This document shows, one piece after another, positions 6,574-14,850 of a stretch of 21,035 nucleotides of DNA. Numbering within the stretch: the first letter of the stretch is position 1; every line of letters begins with the position of its first letter. The notes below the pieces were generated by a model. It saw only the letters and a list, made by a program, of their open reading frames with translations, was not told the DNA's origin and searched no databases. The DNA lies in the NCBI GenBank assembly GCA_964610245.1, contig CAZSVK010000032.1, positions 1-21,035 of the forward strand, read 5' to 3'. Source of the DNA: an uncultured bacterium (GTDB taxonomy: Bacteria; Muiribacteriota; UBA6191; JACPRK01). The position numbers were made by a program, and so were the translations under genes.

Positions 6574-8592
6574 GTGAGCAAGAAGCCTTTCGCCAACGAG
6601 TCGCTGACCATCGTGATTCCCGCCTACAACGAGGAGGCGTCGCTCGAGACGGTGTTCCGGGAGGTCCGGGAGCACGCTGCCTTGCTGGTGGGCCGACTCG
6701 AGATGATCGTGGTGGACGACGGCTCGACCGACGGTACCGGCGAGGTGGCCGCTCGCCTCGCCCGGGAGCACCCCTCCACGCGGGCCTTTCACCATCTGCG
6801 CAACCAGGGCAGCGGGCAGGCGATCCTGACCGGCGCGCGCCAGGCCCGGACCGCGCTGGTGATGTACGTGCCCGCCGACGGACAGTTCCATCTGCCGGAG
6901 CTGGCGACCTACCTGGAGGCGGCGCGCCGCGGCCAGGTCGTCATGGGGGCTCGGCCTGAGCGGCCCGACTACTCGGCGTTCCGCCGGCTGGCGTCGCGGG
7001 TGTTCCTGCGTCTGGCCAACGCCGTGCTCGGGACCGACTTCGCGGACCTCAACTGGGTGCACCTGTGGCGCCGCGAGGTCTTCGAAGACACCACGCTCAG
7101 AGCGCGAGGCGTGGCCTTCCTCGCCGATCTGGTGGCCCAGGCGCTGGCCCGCGGCATGTCGGTGGTCCAGGTGCCCTCGCTGCAGCAGCCCCGTCGGGGC
7201 GGCCGCGCGAACGGGACCCGGCCGGCGGTGATCGCGCTGGCGGCGTTCGAACTCGGCCGCATCTGGCTGCGCTCTCGCCGCCGCCTGGCCCCCCGGATGC
7301 GCCCCGGCCGAGGAGTTCTCCAGAGCTATCTCGGTGACTTCTGGTGGCCGGGCGGGCGTCACCGGACCGGCTCCGCCACGGCCTCGGGCAGGGGCCAGAC
7401 GGTGCTGCCCAGGTTGGAGGAGGTCGAGCTGGCGCCGGTGATCCGGGCCCCCTGGATGGACTCGGAAGACCGCCTGCTCCTGCCGATCGGCGTGGCGGTC
7501 GAGCCGATGCCCGAGGGGGCCGAGGTGCTGGCCCGGGTCGAAGGCAGGCCGGTGCTGGTGAAGGAAGAGGCCGGCCTCCGCTTCCTGTTCGACGCCGAGC
7601 AGGCCGCTGCCTGGCGACTGACCGAGGCCTTTCTCTGCCGCCGCAGACCGCTTGCGGCCTGGCTCCCTCCCGGCTACATCTCGCTGCTGCCGGGTCCTGT
7701 GCGGCTGGCGCTCCACCGGCTCTCGACCCTTGGGCGTTCGCCTCGCACGGGCCTGGCCGTGTGGCCCGCCGACCCGTCGGTCGAGTGGCTCAGGTGGGCG
7801 CACCTTCAGGCCCGGGGCTCCCGCGGCGAGGACCGGCAACCGCTTCCCTTCTGGCCCGAGGGGAAGCGCTGGGCCCTGGTGGTGACGCACGACGTCGACA
7901 CGGTCGAGGGGCTGGGCTCCGTCCCCATCGTGGCCGATACCGATCGCGAGCTGGGCTTCCGCCCCTGCTGGTACGTGACCGGAGAGGTGGCTCGCGCGGG
8001 TCTCTCTCAGCTCGACGGGCTGGTGGCTCGCGGTCACGAGCTGGGCCTCCACGGGGATCGACACGACCTGCGGCTGGCCTATCTGCCGCGCCCGGAGATC
8101 GAGCGCCGGCTCGAGACCTGTGCCGACCTGATCTCCAGGTGGAAGATGCGCGGCTACCGGTCGCCCGGTCTTCTGATGACGCGCCGCCTCGCTGGGGTCG
8201 TGGCGCGCTTCTTCGAGTACGACAGCTCGGTGCCGGACAGCGACGTCGCCAGCCCCGCGGGCGCGATTCGAGGCTGCGGCACGGTGTTCCCGTTCGCGCG
8301 CCCCGAGGGCGGGCTCGAGTTGCCGCCGACCCTCCCGCTGGAAGACAAGCTCGCCGCCCTGGGCTACCCCCCGCGAGAGATGCTGGGCATCTGGAGGCAG
8401 AAGATTGATTTCATCCGCAAGGTAGGAGGGATGGCGGTCGTGACCACGCACGCCGAACCCCACCTGGGCGGCTCTCGAGAGTTGCTGGAGGTCTACGCCG
8501 AGTTCCTGGGCGGTCTGGCCGGAGACGCCGACGCCTGGGCGGCCCAGCCCTCCGAGGTGGCGGCCTGGTGGGCCCGCCGGGGAGAACGCTGA
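6574..8592 (+). CDS. bifunctional fusion: N-terminal GT2 polyprenyl-phosphate glycosyltransferase (ArnC/GtrB/DPM1-like) plus C-terminal NodB-type polysaccharide deacetylase (ArnD-like); about 672 aa with a ~220-aa middle region of unknown function
   Basis: GT2 motifs read directly and aligned from memory with E. coli ArnC: LTIVIPAYNEEASL (VSVVIPVYNEQESL), IVVDDGSTDGT (LLIDDGSSDNS), VPADGQFHLPEL (LDADLQNPPEEI), PERPDYSAFRRLASRVF (QNRQDSWFRKTASKMI). The C-terminal LVVTHDVDTVEG...GHELGLHGDRHD is a NodB motif-1/2 pattern of the ArnD RIDVDT type. The start GTG at 6574 is 8 nt after the carbamoyltransferase stop, with GGGAG upstream. An alternative start at ATG 6508 would overlap the previous gene. 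Confidence 0.8.
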   Translation: MSKKPFANESLTIVIPAYNEEASLETVFREVREHAALLVGRLEMIVVDDGSTDGTGEVAARLAREHPSTRAFHHLRNQGSGQAILTGARQARTALVMYVPADGQFHLPELATYLEAARRGQVVMGARPERPDYSAFRRLASRVFLRLANAVLGTDFADLNWVHLWRREVFEDTTLRARGVAFLADLVAQALARGMSVVQVPSLQQPRRGGRANGTRPAVIALAAFELGRIWLRSRRRLAPRMRPGRGVLQSYLGDFWWPGGRHRTGSATASGRGQTVLPRLEEVELAPVIRAPWMDSEDRLLLPIGVAVEPMPEGAEVLARVEGRPVLVKEEAGLRFLFDAEQAAAWRLTEAFLCRRRPLAAWLPPGYISLLPGPVRLALHRLSTLGRSPRTGLAVWPADPSVEWLRWAHLQARGSRGEDRQPLPFWPEGKRWALVVTHDVDTVEGLGSVPIVADTDRELGFRPCWYVTGEVARAGLSQLDGLVARGHELGLHGDRHDLRLAYLPRPEIERRLETCADLISRWKMRGYRSPGLLMTRRLAGVVARFFEYDSSVPDSDVASPAGAIRGCGTVFPFARPEGGLELPPTLPLEDKLAALGYPPREMLGIWRQKIDFIRKVGGMAVVTTHAEPHLGGSRELLEVYAEFLGGLAGDADAWAAQPSEVAAWWARRGER

Positions 8593-9416
8593 TGCCTGGA
8601 AAGAGCTACCAGTTCGACACGGTGGGGGTGCTCTACTCGGGCGGCACCGACAGCACGCTCGCGGCGGTCCTGATGTTGCGCGAGGCCCGCAAGGTCGTCC
8701 TGCTGACGTTCGACCCCGGCTACGTCTTCTTCCTGGCGAACACCAAGGTACACGCGCGGATGCTCGCGGAGCGCTTCGGCGAGGAGAGGGTCGAGCAGCG
8801 CATCATCGACGTCCGGCCGCTCGTGGGCAGGCTGCTCTTCGGCGCCGCTCGGAGCGACTTCGAGAAGTACGCCTTCGGTCTGACCAGCCTGGTCTGTCTG
8901 GGCTGCAGGCTGTCGATGCACGCGGCGGCGATCATCCACCTGCTCGAGACCGGCATTCCGTATCTGGCCGATGGGGCGATCCGTCAACAGTGCGACACGC
9001 CGGAACAGATGGAATCGACCCTGGAGAGCCAGCGGGAGCACTACATGGAGCGCTACGGGCTGGTGCACATGTCCCCTCTCTACGAAGAGGCGCGTTCCGA
9101 CCTGGTGCTGCAGGAGATGGGCCTGGCGGCCTTCCCCGCCCTGAAGAAGCAGTTCATCCTGTACGACACGCAGGCGACCTGCCCGTTCGGAGTGAGTGCC
9201 GACGTTTATGCTCGCATCTTCTACCGGCCCTGGCTGATGGGCGACCGCCGGGAGCGCGACGCCGCCTGCTACCGCGAGGACAAGTACCCGGTGATGGAGC
9301 GCGTCATACGCGAGCACTTCGAGTCGAAGGGGCAGAGCATGGAAGAACTCGTGCGGACCATCCGCGCGACCGTCGAGCGAGATCGGCAGTGGAACTCGCA
9401 GGGAGCGGGCCAGTGA
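8592..9416 (+). CDS. PP-loop ATPase of the adenine-nucleotide alpha-hydrolase superfamily (274 aa); QueC/ExsB-like, or a sugar amidotransferase of the WbpG/PseA type
   Basis: SGGxDS PP-loop motif (VLYSGGTDSTLAAVL) 12 residues from the N-terminus. A Cys pair (LVCLGCRL) is present. Strong RBS GGAGAA 5 nt before ATG 8592, which overlaps the upstream stop (TGATG). Confidence 0.7.
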   Translation: MPGKSYQFDTVGVLYSGGTDSTLAAVLMLREARKVVLLTFDPGYVFFLANTKVHARMLAERFGEERVEQRIIDVRPLVGRLLFGAARSDFEKYAFGLTSLVCLGCRLSMHAAAIIHLLETGIPYLADGAIRQQCDTPEQMESTLESQREHYMERYGLVHMSPLYEEARSDLVLQEMGLAAFPALKKQFILYDTQATCPFGVSADVYARIFYRPWLMGDRRERDAACYREDKYPVMERVIREHFESKGQSMEELVRTIRATVERDRQWNSQGAGQ

Positions 9417-9553
9417 GCGACTTGACGGGGCACCGTCTTCGCGCCCTGTTGCGGTGGCCGCTGGCGGTGTTGCTGATCCCGTTCGGGGTTCTCCTCGGGC
9501 TCTGCGGCCTGCTCGACAACATCTGCCGCGGCCTCGCCGACCGGCGCCGCTGA
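9413..9553 (+). CDS. possible small membrane peptide (46 aa), GTG start overlapping the stop of the PP-loop gene
   Basis: VSDLTGHRLRALLRWPLAVLLIPFGVLLGLCGLLDNICRGLADRRR contains one hydrophobic helix. GTGA overlap at 9413-9416. There is no independent support, and it could be a chance ORF given the high GC. Confidence 0.25.
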   Translation: MSDLTGHRLRALLRWPLAVLLIPFGVLLGLCGLLDNICRGLADRRR

Positions 9554-9564
9554 CCGGCGGACGC

Positions 9565-12500
9565 CTATTCGGGCCGGCCGGAACGCTCGCTCGGTTCCTT
9601 CGGCTGAGGGGGGCCGATGACGGGCACGGTGTCGAGCGAGGGCGCCCCCGGCGAGAGCGGCGGCCGCTGCAGCCTGACGACGCCGAAGCCGCTGGCCACG
9701 CCTCCGAGGCCGAGCAGCAGCTCGTGCTCGTCCAGCGGCCGGATCGCCAGCTTGAATGCCACCTTGGATTCGTACGCGGGAAGCGGATCCGGCAGGACTT
9801 CCATCCGCACGAGGATCCGGCCCTCGGGGGTGAAGCCCAGGAGTCGGTTTCCCTCCACCAGAACGTAGAGGTTACCCTTCGGGCCGCAGGTCATGCGAGA
9901 TAGCGCGGTGACGTCCACGGCCCGCCAGAAGTCGAACTCCCTCCCTTCCGCCGAGAGCACGGCGATACCGCCCCTCCGCTGGGTCGTGACGTAGATCCGC
10001 TGCCCGTCCGGCGAGCTGCAGAGCGACGTCGCGCCGAAGCAGTTCCAGGCGGGCTTCGGCTCGCCGTCGGGCTCGAACCGCAGGATCTTCCCCGACAGAG
10101 AGTCGGCGACCAGCACGGTGGACGAGGCCGCGTCGTAGGCGATCCCGCTGAGCCGGTGCGTCTCGCCGGCAAAGGTGACGAGACGGTTCAATTGCCCGTC
10201 CGGTCGGATGAACAGCAGCCGGCTGGCATAGCAGTCGGCCAGGAAGAGCGTGCCGTCGGGCGCGGTCGCGAGCGAGTAGCCGAAGCGCAGGAAGCCCCGG
10301 GTGGGAGGCAACTCGATCGGCCGGTCCTGCTGGTCTCGCAGCCCCTTCCAGGAGCGCACCGGGGCCCCGTCCAGGTCGAGGCAGAGGAGGGGGGCCCGGC
10401 CGTGGCCCAGCAAGTAAATGCGACCGTTCACAAACGCCATGTCTTGCGTGCGCCCTCCGATTTCGGGCTCGACCCAGTATCGGTACCGGACGCTGGCCAC
10501 CGAAAGTTCCGGCTCCACGACCGGTCTGGCGCGGAAGAGCGCGTTCGCCGGGAGCTTGCGCAGGAACACCTCGGACGGCACCTCGGAGAACCGGTCGAAA
10601 GACGGCGGGCGCCAGGAGAACGAGATCGGGCCGACCGTCGTCCGGGCCGTGGTCGCGCGGGCCGAGAAAGCCTGCCAGCCCTCCGGGAACCACCCGGAGA
10701 GGCCGCACCCTCCGGCGCTCGAGCTGGCCGTGCGCTCCCCGATCGAGAGGATGGCACCGCGGGTCCCGTCGAACCGGAAGTCCCACAGTCCCTCCTGGTG
10801 CAGATAGAGCGCCCCGGTCCACCGGTAACCGCGGTCCGGTTGCAGGGCGATGCCCGGCATGTTCAGGCCCGAGACCAGCAGGTCCGGCGACGTGTTCACA
10901 TCCAGCCCGGAGGACAGATAGAGCCCCTGGAAGGAATGGGCCTCCCGCCGGGAAACGGTGTAGAGGTCGAGTCCGCAACCGCTGCCCGCGGGCCCCTCCC
11001 AGCGCTCGTGCCGTCCGCCGGGAAACGTCTCTTCCAGCAACTTCTGCCACTCCTCCTTGCCCAGGACGTAGCTGACGTCGGACCAGGAAGGGAAGACGGG
11101 AAAGAGGTTCAGACCGAGGGCCGAGACCACGCCGAAGTTGTTCAGGAGGAAGGCGAGGTTGGGAGCCATGCCCATCTGTCCCGTGAGGAACGGATAGCGT
11201 ACGGTCGACTGAGAGACGACAACCTGGCGCTCGGGCGCGAGGTGCGCCGCGGCGCGGAGAAGCTTCTCCTGCGGGGGCATCATCCCGATCTGCGAGCACA
11301 TCCTCACCAGGCTGTGGTGCAGGTCCGAGAACTCGGCGGCGATCAGGGCCAGGAACGCGGCCATCAGGACCAGGCCGCGTCGGCCGGTCGCAAGACACGT
11401 CCAGAGTCTGTCGAGCCCCAAGGCGAGCCAGATGTAGAGCGGCACGATGCCGAGCAGGAAGCGGCGCGCGGCGGCAGCCTCGAAGTGCACGACCAGGGGC
11501 GGGAGAAGCGCCAGGGAGATGAGCGAGACCGTCAGCGCGTCGGTCAGCGTGGAACCAGTCGGCGCGGCGGGGGCGAGCGCTCCTGGGCCGGCTGCGCCGC
11601 GGGGGGGGGCTGGCTGCGGCCGCGTCGGGTCCCGGTGCCCGGCCCGCAACAGAGCGAGCGCCCCGAGCAGGGCCAGCGGCACCAGGCTGCGAGGAAGCGG
11701 CACGAACCCCTCCAGATACGGCTCCACTCCGAGGAAGATGCCGGCAACGTCCGGCACCCGCCGCAGGGCGTGTCCCAGCGCCTCGACCGGGGACATCCCT
11801 GCCGTCGTCATCCTCGTCAACCGCCCGGCGTACAGCTCGAGTGTCGAGGCGTCCTGGACGAAAGGCGAGAAGAGGGCGAGCGTGACCACGAACGTCAGCA
11901 AGCAGCCGAGCATCAGCCGGCCGGGCAACGTCCGGCGTGACGACCAGCATCCCAGGGCCAGGATCGTCAGCAGGATGGGCGGGACGATCCGGAAGGCCGG
12001 ATAGGTATGGAGTCCGGCGCCCAGCATCAGCCCCATGCCCAGGAAGTCGGTCAGCCGTCCGGTCGACAGCGCCCGGACCATGAAGAGCAGCGCGCCGGCT
12101 TCGAACACGGCGGGGTAGATGATGGTGTTGGCCTGTCTGCTGAAGTGGCACAGCGTGGGGTCGACGGCGGCGAGCAGCGCGGCCAGGGCCGCGGGCAGAC
12201 GCCGCGCGAGCCTGCGAAACAGCCAGAACAGGAGCACCGGACAGCAGGCCCCGAGCAGCGCCGCCGGAAGCCGGAAGGCGAGCATCGTGGGGCCGAACAG
12301 GCTGAAGCTGAAGGCGTGCAGATAGAAGAACAGCGCCTCCTCGCCCGGCACGGCCCGATCCAGCACCGGGCCCGGTTGCCACGTGTGATTGAGGATGCCG
12401 GCGATGAGCCCGCCGTTGATTCCCTCGTCGAGGTTGGGCGAGGGCGGCCGGAACTCCAACCAATAGAACCTGGCGAGCAATGCCAGCGCGAAGACCGCCA

Positions 12501-12714
12501 GCGTGATGAGCTGGTCCGCCGAGGAGAACGGCTCGGGTCTCGTCGGTTTCTCTTGCGGCCGAGCCGCGCGGTAGAGCAACACCGCCACCGCCGACATCAG
12601 GCACGCGGCCGGCAGCAGGTTCCCCCGCTCGGAGGGCGCCAGAGCGAGGTTGAGCAGACTGGCCCCCGCCAGCCCGAGAAACACCCATCTTCGTCCTGTG
12701 GAACCCTGGACCAC
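9565..12714 (-). CDS. large GT-C-fold membrane glycosyltransferase (GT39 PMT / GT83 ArnT-like, multi-TM N-terminus with DE loop motif) fused to a PA14-like middle domain and a C-terminal NHL-repeat beta-propeller (1049 aa)
   Basis: GTG at 12714 and TAG at 9565-9567. The N-terminal ~450 aa has more than 10 hydrophobic helices, and PNLDEGINGG sits in the first loop; a DE motif there is the PMT/ArnT hallmark. The middle GYRWTGALYLHQEGLWDFRFDGTRGAILSIGERT is PA14-like. C-terminal repeats LFLADCYASRLLFIRPDG, VLVADSLSGKILRFEPDG, IYVTTQRRGGIAVLSAEG and LYVLVEGNRLLGFTPEG are NHL-like. GGAGG lies 11 nt upstream of the start. Confidence 0.8.
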   Translation of the reverse strand: MVQGSTGRRWVFLGLAGASLLNLALAPSERGNLLPAACLMSAVAVLLYRAARPQEKPTRPEPFSSADQLITLAVFALALLARFYWLEFRPPSPNLDEGINGGLIAGILNHTWQPGPVLDRAVPGEEALFFYLHAFSFSLFGPTMLAFRLPAALLGACCPVLLFWLFRRLARRLPAALAALLAAVDPTLCHFSRQANTIIYPAVFEAGALLFMVRALSTGRLTDFLGMGLMLGAGLHTYPAFRIVPPILLTILALGCWSSRRTLPGRLMLGCLLTFVVTLALFSPFVQDASTLELYAGRLTRMTTAGMSPVEALGHALRRVPDVAGIFLGVEPYLEGFVPLPRSLVPLALLGALALLRAGHRDPTRPQPAPPRGAAGPGALAPAAPTGSTLTDALTVSLISLALLPPLVVHFEAAAARRFLLGIVPLYIWLALGLDRLWTCLATGRRGLVLMAAFLALIAAEFSDLHHSLVRMCSQIGMMPPQEKLLRAAAHLAPERQVVVSQSTVRYPFLTGQMGMAPNLAFLLNNFGVVSALGLNLFPVFPSWSDVSYVLGKEEWQKLLEETFPGGRHERWEGPAGSGCGLDLYTVSRREAHSFQGLYLSSGLDVNTSPDLLVSGLNMPGIALQPDRGYRWTGALYLHQEGLWDFRFDGTRGAILSIGERTASSSAGGCGLSGWFPEGWQAFSARATTARTTVGPISFSWRPPSFDRFSEVPSEVFLRKLPANALFRARPVVEPELSVASVRYRYWVEPEIGGRTQDMAFVNGRIYLLGHGRAPLLCLDLDGAPVRSWKGLRDQQDRPIELPPTRGFLRFGYSLATAPDGTLFLADCYASRLLFIRPDGQLNRLVTFAGETHRLSGIAYDAASSTVLVADSLSGKILRFEPDGEPKPAWNCFGATSLCSSPDGQRIYVTTQRRGGIAVLSAEGREFDFWRAVDVTALSRMTCGPKGNLYVLVEGNRLLGFTPEGRILVRMEVLPDPLPAYESKVAFKLAIRPLDEHELLLGLGGVASGFGVVRLQRPPLSPGAPSLDTVPVIGPPQPKEPSERSGRPE

Positions 12715-12837
12715 GATCCTTCACGCCTCCACGCCCGGGGACATTCTAGGGCCAGAAGGCGAGGAAGTCATCCGGGCCGACGCCACACACCCGCTCGTCC
12801 TGGGCGCTTGGGGGAGCCGCGGGACCTGGCGGCGCGT

Positions 12838-14214
12838 TCAGATCAGGTCGTGGCTGGGCGACGAGTTCACGAAACCCGCGAGCCGCTTCAGCCCGAGCCA
12901 GGCGTCGACGGGCCTCGACATGACCCTCCCGAGCTGCCGCAGAGCGTAGCCCGGCCGCAGGTAGAACCGGCGGTAGAACTTCTGCTCGGCAGCGAGGGTG
13001 CTGTCGGGCGCCGTGACGGGTCGGAAGGGGAAGAGCGACGATGGCCGGGAGTCGAGCCCCAGCGAGGTGCCGGGCCAGTACTGGAGGCGGGTGACGATGA
13101 CGAAGTCGAGGTCCCAGTCGATGGCGGCGCGGATGCTGGCGTCGATGTCGGAGGGGGTCTCCCAGGGCGTGCCGACGATGAAGAAGCCGCTCAGCTCGAG
13201 GCCCGCGTCGCGCACCTGGCGGACGAGCCTGGGCATCTGCTCGGCGCGGTAGCCCTTCCGCAGGGAGTCGAGCACGAGTTGCGAGGTGCTCTCCAGACCG
13301 ACGTAGAGGCGGCGGCAGCCGGCGCGTCGCATCTCGGCCAGCAGCGAGGGCTCGAGGCAGTCGAGGCGCGAGAGGGCGGTCCATTCGAGGTCCAACCGCT
13401 CGCGCGACAGCAGACGGCAGAGTTCGAGGAGACGCGGCCGGTCGAGCGGCAGCGTGTCGTCCATGAAGCGGAGGTTGCGGACTCCGTGGCGGCCGGCGAG
13501 CAGGCGGGCCTCGTCGAGGATGTTGCCGGGACTGCGGTAGCGCATCTGGCGGCCGTAGGTGCGCGTGCAGAAGACGCAGGCGTGCGAGCAGCCGCGGGCA
13601 CTGAGGGTGACCGCGATCGGGCCCGGGCGCAGCGGCTCGGCGTAGAGCGAGAGGTCGACCAGCGAGTGGTCGGGCAGCGGCAGCCGGTCGAGGTCGTCGA
13701 TGCGGGGCCGCCGCGGGTTGACCACCGGTTGGCGGCCGTCCCGGAAGGCCAGGCCCGGGACCCCGGCGAGCGTCGTGCGGGTGGCGAGGCAGTCGAGGAG
13801 GTCGGCGAAGACGAGTTCGGGCTCGTCCAGGAGCACGACGTGCAAGGGGCAGTGCTCGAGCACGTCGGCCGGAAACTCGGATGGGAGGTAGCCGGTGGCG
13901 CAGACGGTGGCGTGGGGGTGGTCGGAAACCAGCGCGGCGGCGGCGGCGAGGTCGCCCGGGAAGGTCGAGAAGCCCACGGCGAGCACGATGACGTCCGGCC
14001 CGAAGCGCACCGCCTCTCGGCGCACGCCGTCGAGGTCGAGGTCCCGGGCGACGGCGTCGACGACCAGCACGTCGCTGCCCTTCCAGTCGCGGGCGAGCGC
14101 CGCAAGCCCCATCAGCTCCATCGGAGGCATCAGGAAGTTGGGCGCGTAGTACGACGCGGTCCAGCGGCGCATGACGCGCTCCCGGGCCGGTGGATTGAGG
14201 AAGAGGACTCGCAC
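12838..14214 (-). CDS. B12-binding radical SAM enzyme, class B (458 aa); probable methyltransferase or other radical tailoring enzyme
   Basis: N-terminus MRVLFLNPP starts the cobalamin-binding domain. The radical SAM cysteine triad is CSHACVFC (CxxxCxxC). GTG start at 14214 with GGGGAG upstream. Stop TGA at 12838-12840. Confidence 0.85.
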   Translation of the reverse strand: MRVLFLNPPARERVMRRWTASYYAPNFLMPPMELMGLAALARDWKGSDVLVVDAVARDLDLDGVRREAVRFGPDVIVLAVGFSTFPGDLAAAAALVSDHPHATVCATGYLPSEFPADVLEHCPLHVVLLDEPELVFADLLDCLATRTTLAGVPGLAFRDGRQPVVNPRRPRIDDLDRLPLPDHSLVDLSLYAEPLRPGPIAVTLSARGCSHACVFCTRTYGRQMRYRSPGNILDEARLLAGRHGVRNLRFMDDTLPLDRPRLLELCRLLSRERLDLEWTALSRLDCLEPSLLAEMRRAGCRRLYVGLESTSQLVLDSLRKGYRAEQMPRLVRQVRDAGLELSGFFIVGTPWETPSDIDASIRAAIDWDLDFVIVTRLQYWPGTSLGLDSRPSSLFPFRPVTAPDSTLAAEQKFYRRFYLRPGYALRQLGRVMSRPVDAWLGLKRLAGFVNSSPSHDLI

Positions 14215-14271
14215 GACTCGATTCTACTCCCCCCGCCGGTGAGCGTCACCCGGCCGGATTCGTGGGAGTTC

Positions 14272-14850
14272 CTACGGTGTCCGGAGCCGCCTCGGCGCGA
14301 CCGGGCGGGCGGGGTTGCCGGCGACGACCGCCCCGTCGGGGACGTCTCGCGTCACGACGGCGCCGGCGCCGACGAGCGCGCCCCGGCCGACGACGACCCC
14401 CGGGAGGATGGTGGCGTTGACTCCGATGCGGGCGCCGCTGCGGACGACCGGGCCCTCGAGGTCCCCGGGGCCGCGGACGGGGTACTTGTCGTTGGCGAAG
14501 ACGACGCCCGGGGCGACGAAGACGTCGTCCTCGAGGACGGTGAACTGGGCGAGGTAAACTCCGGAGTGTATCTTGACCCGATCGCCGACCGTGCAGCCGT
14601 AGTCGACGATGCTGTTGCTCCAGATCGAGACCTGGCGCCCGATGCGGGTCTGCTCGCGAACGACGACGTTGTGCCCGGTCTCGAAGTCGTCTCCGATGAC
14701 GACGTTGGTGTAGAGGACGGTGCCCGAGCGCAGACGGGCCCGGGCGCCGAGCACGCCGGGCACGATCTCGATGGCCCGCGAGGGCCGGTAGTCGAGCAGC
14801 ACGCCGGGCTCGAGCCCCGGATTGGCTTGCCCTTCGCTCACGGGACTCAC
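14272..14850 (-). CDS. hexapeptide-repeat (left-handed beta-helix) acyltransferase (192 aa); sugar N- or O-acetyltransferase of the WbbJ/PglD/QdtC type
   Basis: Repeated [LIV]-G-x-x-x-x hexapeptides (IGRQVSIWSNSIVDYGCTVGDRVKIHSGVYLAQFTVLEDDVFVAPGVVFAND). The GTG start at 14850 overlaps the upstream stop (GTGA). Confidence 0.8.
   Translation of the reverse strand: MSPVSEGQANPGLEPGVLLDYRPSRAIEIVPGVLGARARLRSGTVLYTNVVIGDDFETGHNVVVREQTRIGRQVSIWSNSIVDYGCTVGDRVKIHSGVYLAQFTVLEDDVFVAPGVVFANDKYPVRGPGDLEGPVVRSGARIGVNATILPGVVVGRGALVGAGAVVTRDVPDGAVVAGNPARPVAPRRLRTP

Noticed and set aside
4491-6611. 706-aa minus-strand ORF
   Set aside because: It is antisense to the carbamoyltransferase and has Arg/Gly/Pro-rich composition with no motifs.
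6505-8463. 652-aa minus-strand ORF
   Set aside because: It is antisense to the GT2-NodB fusion gene and has a high-GC artefact composition.
9872-12724. 950-aa minus-strand ORF and 594-aa plus-strand ORF (10156..11940)
   Set aside because: These are alternative frames of the GT-C gene region. Both are extremely Arg/Pro/Gly-rich without TM segments or motifs, whereas the 9565..12714 frame has coherent TM helices plus PMT and NHL signatures.
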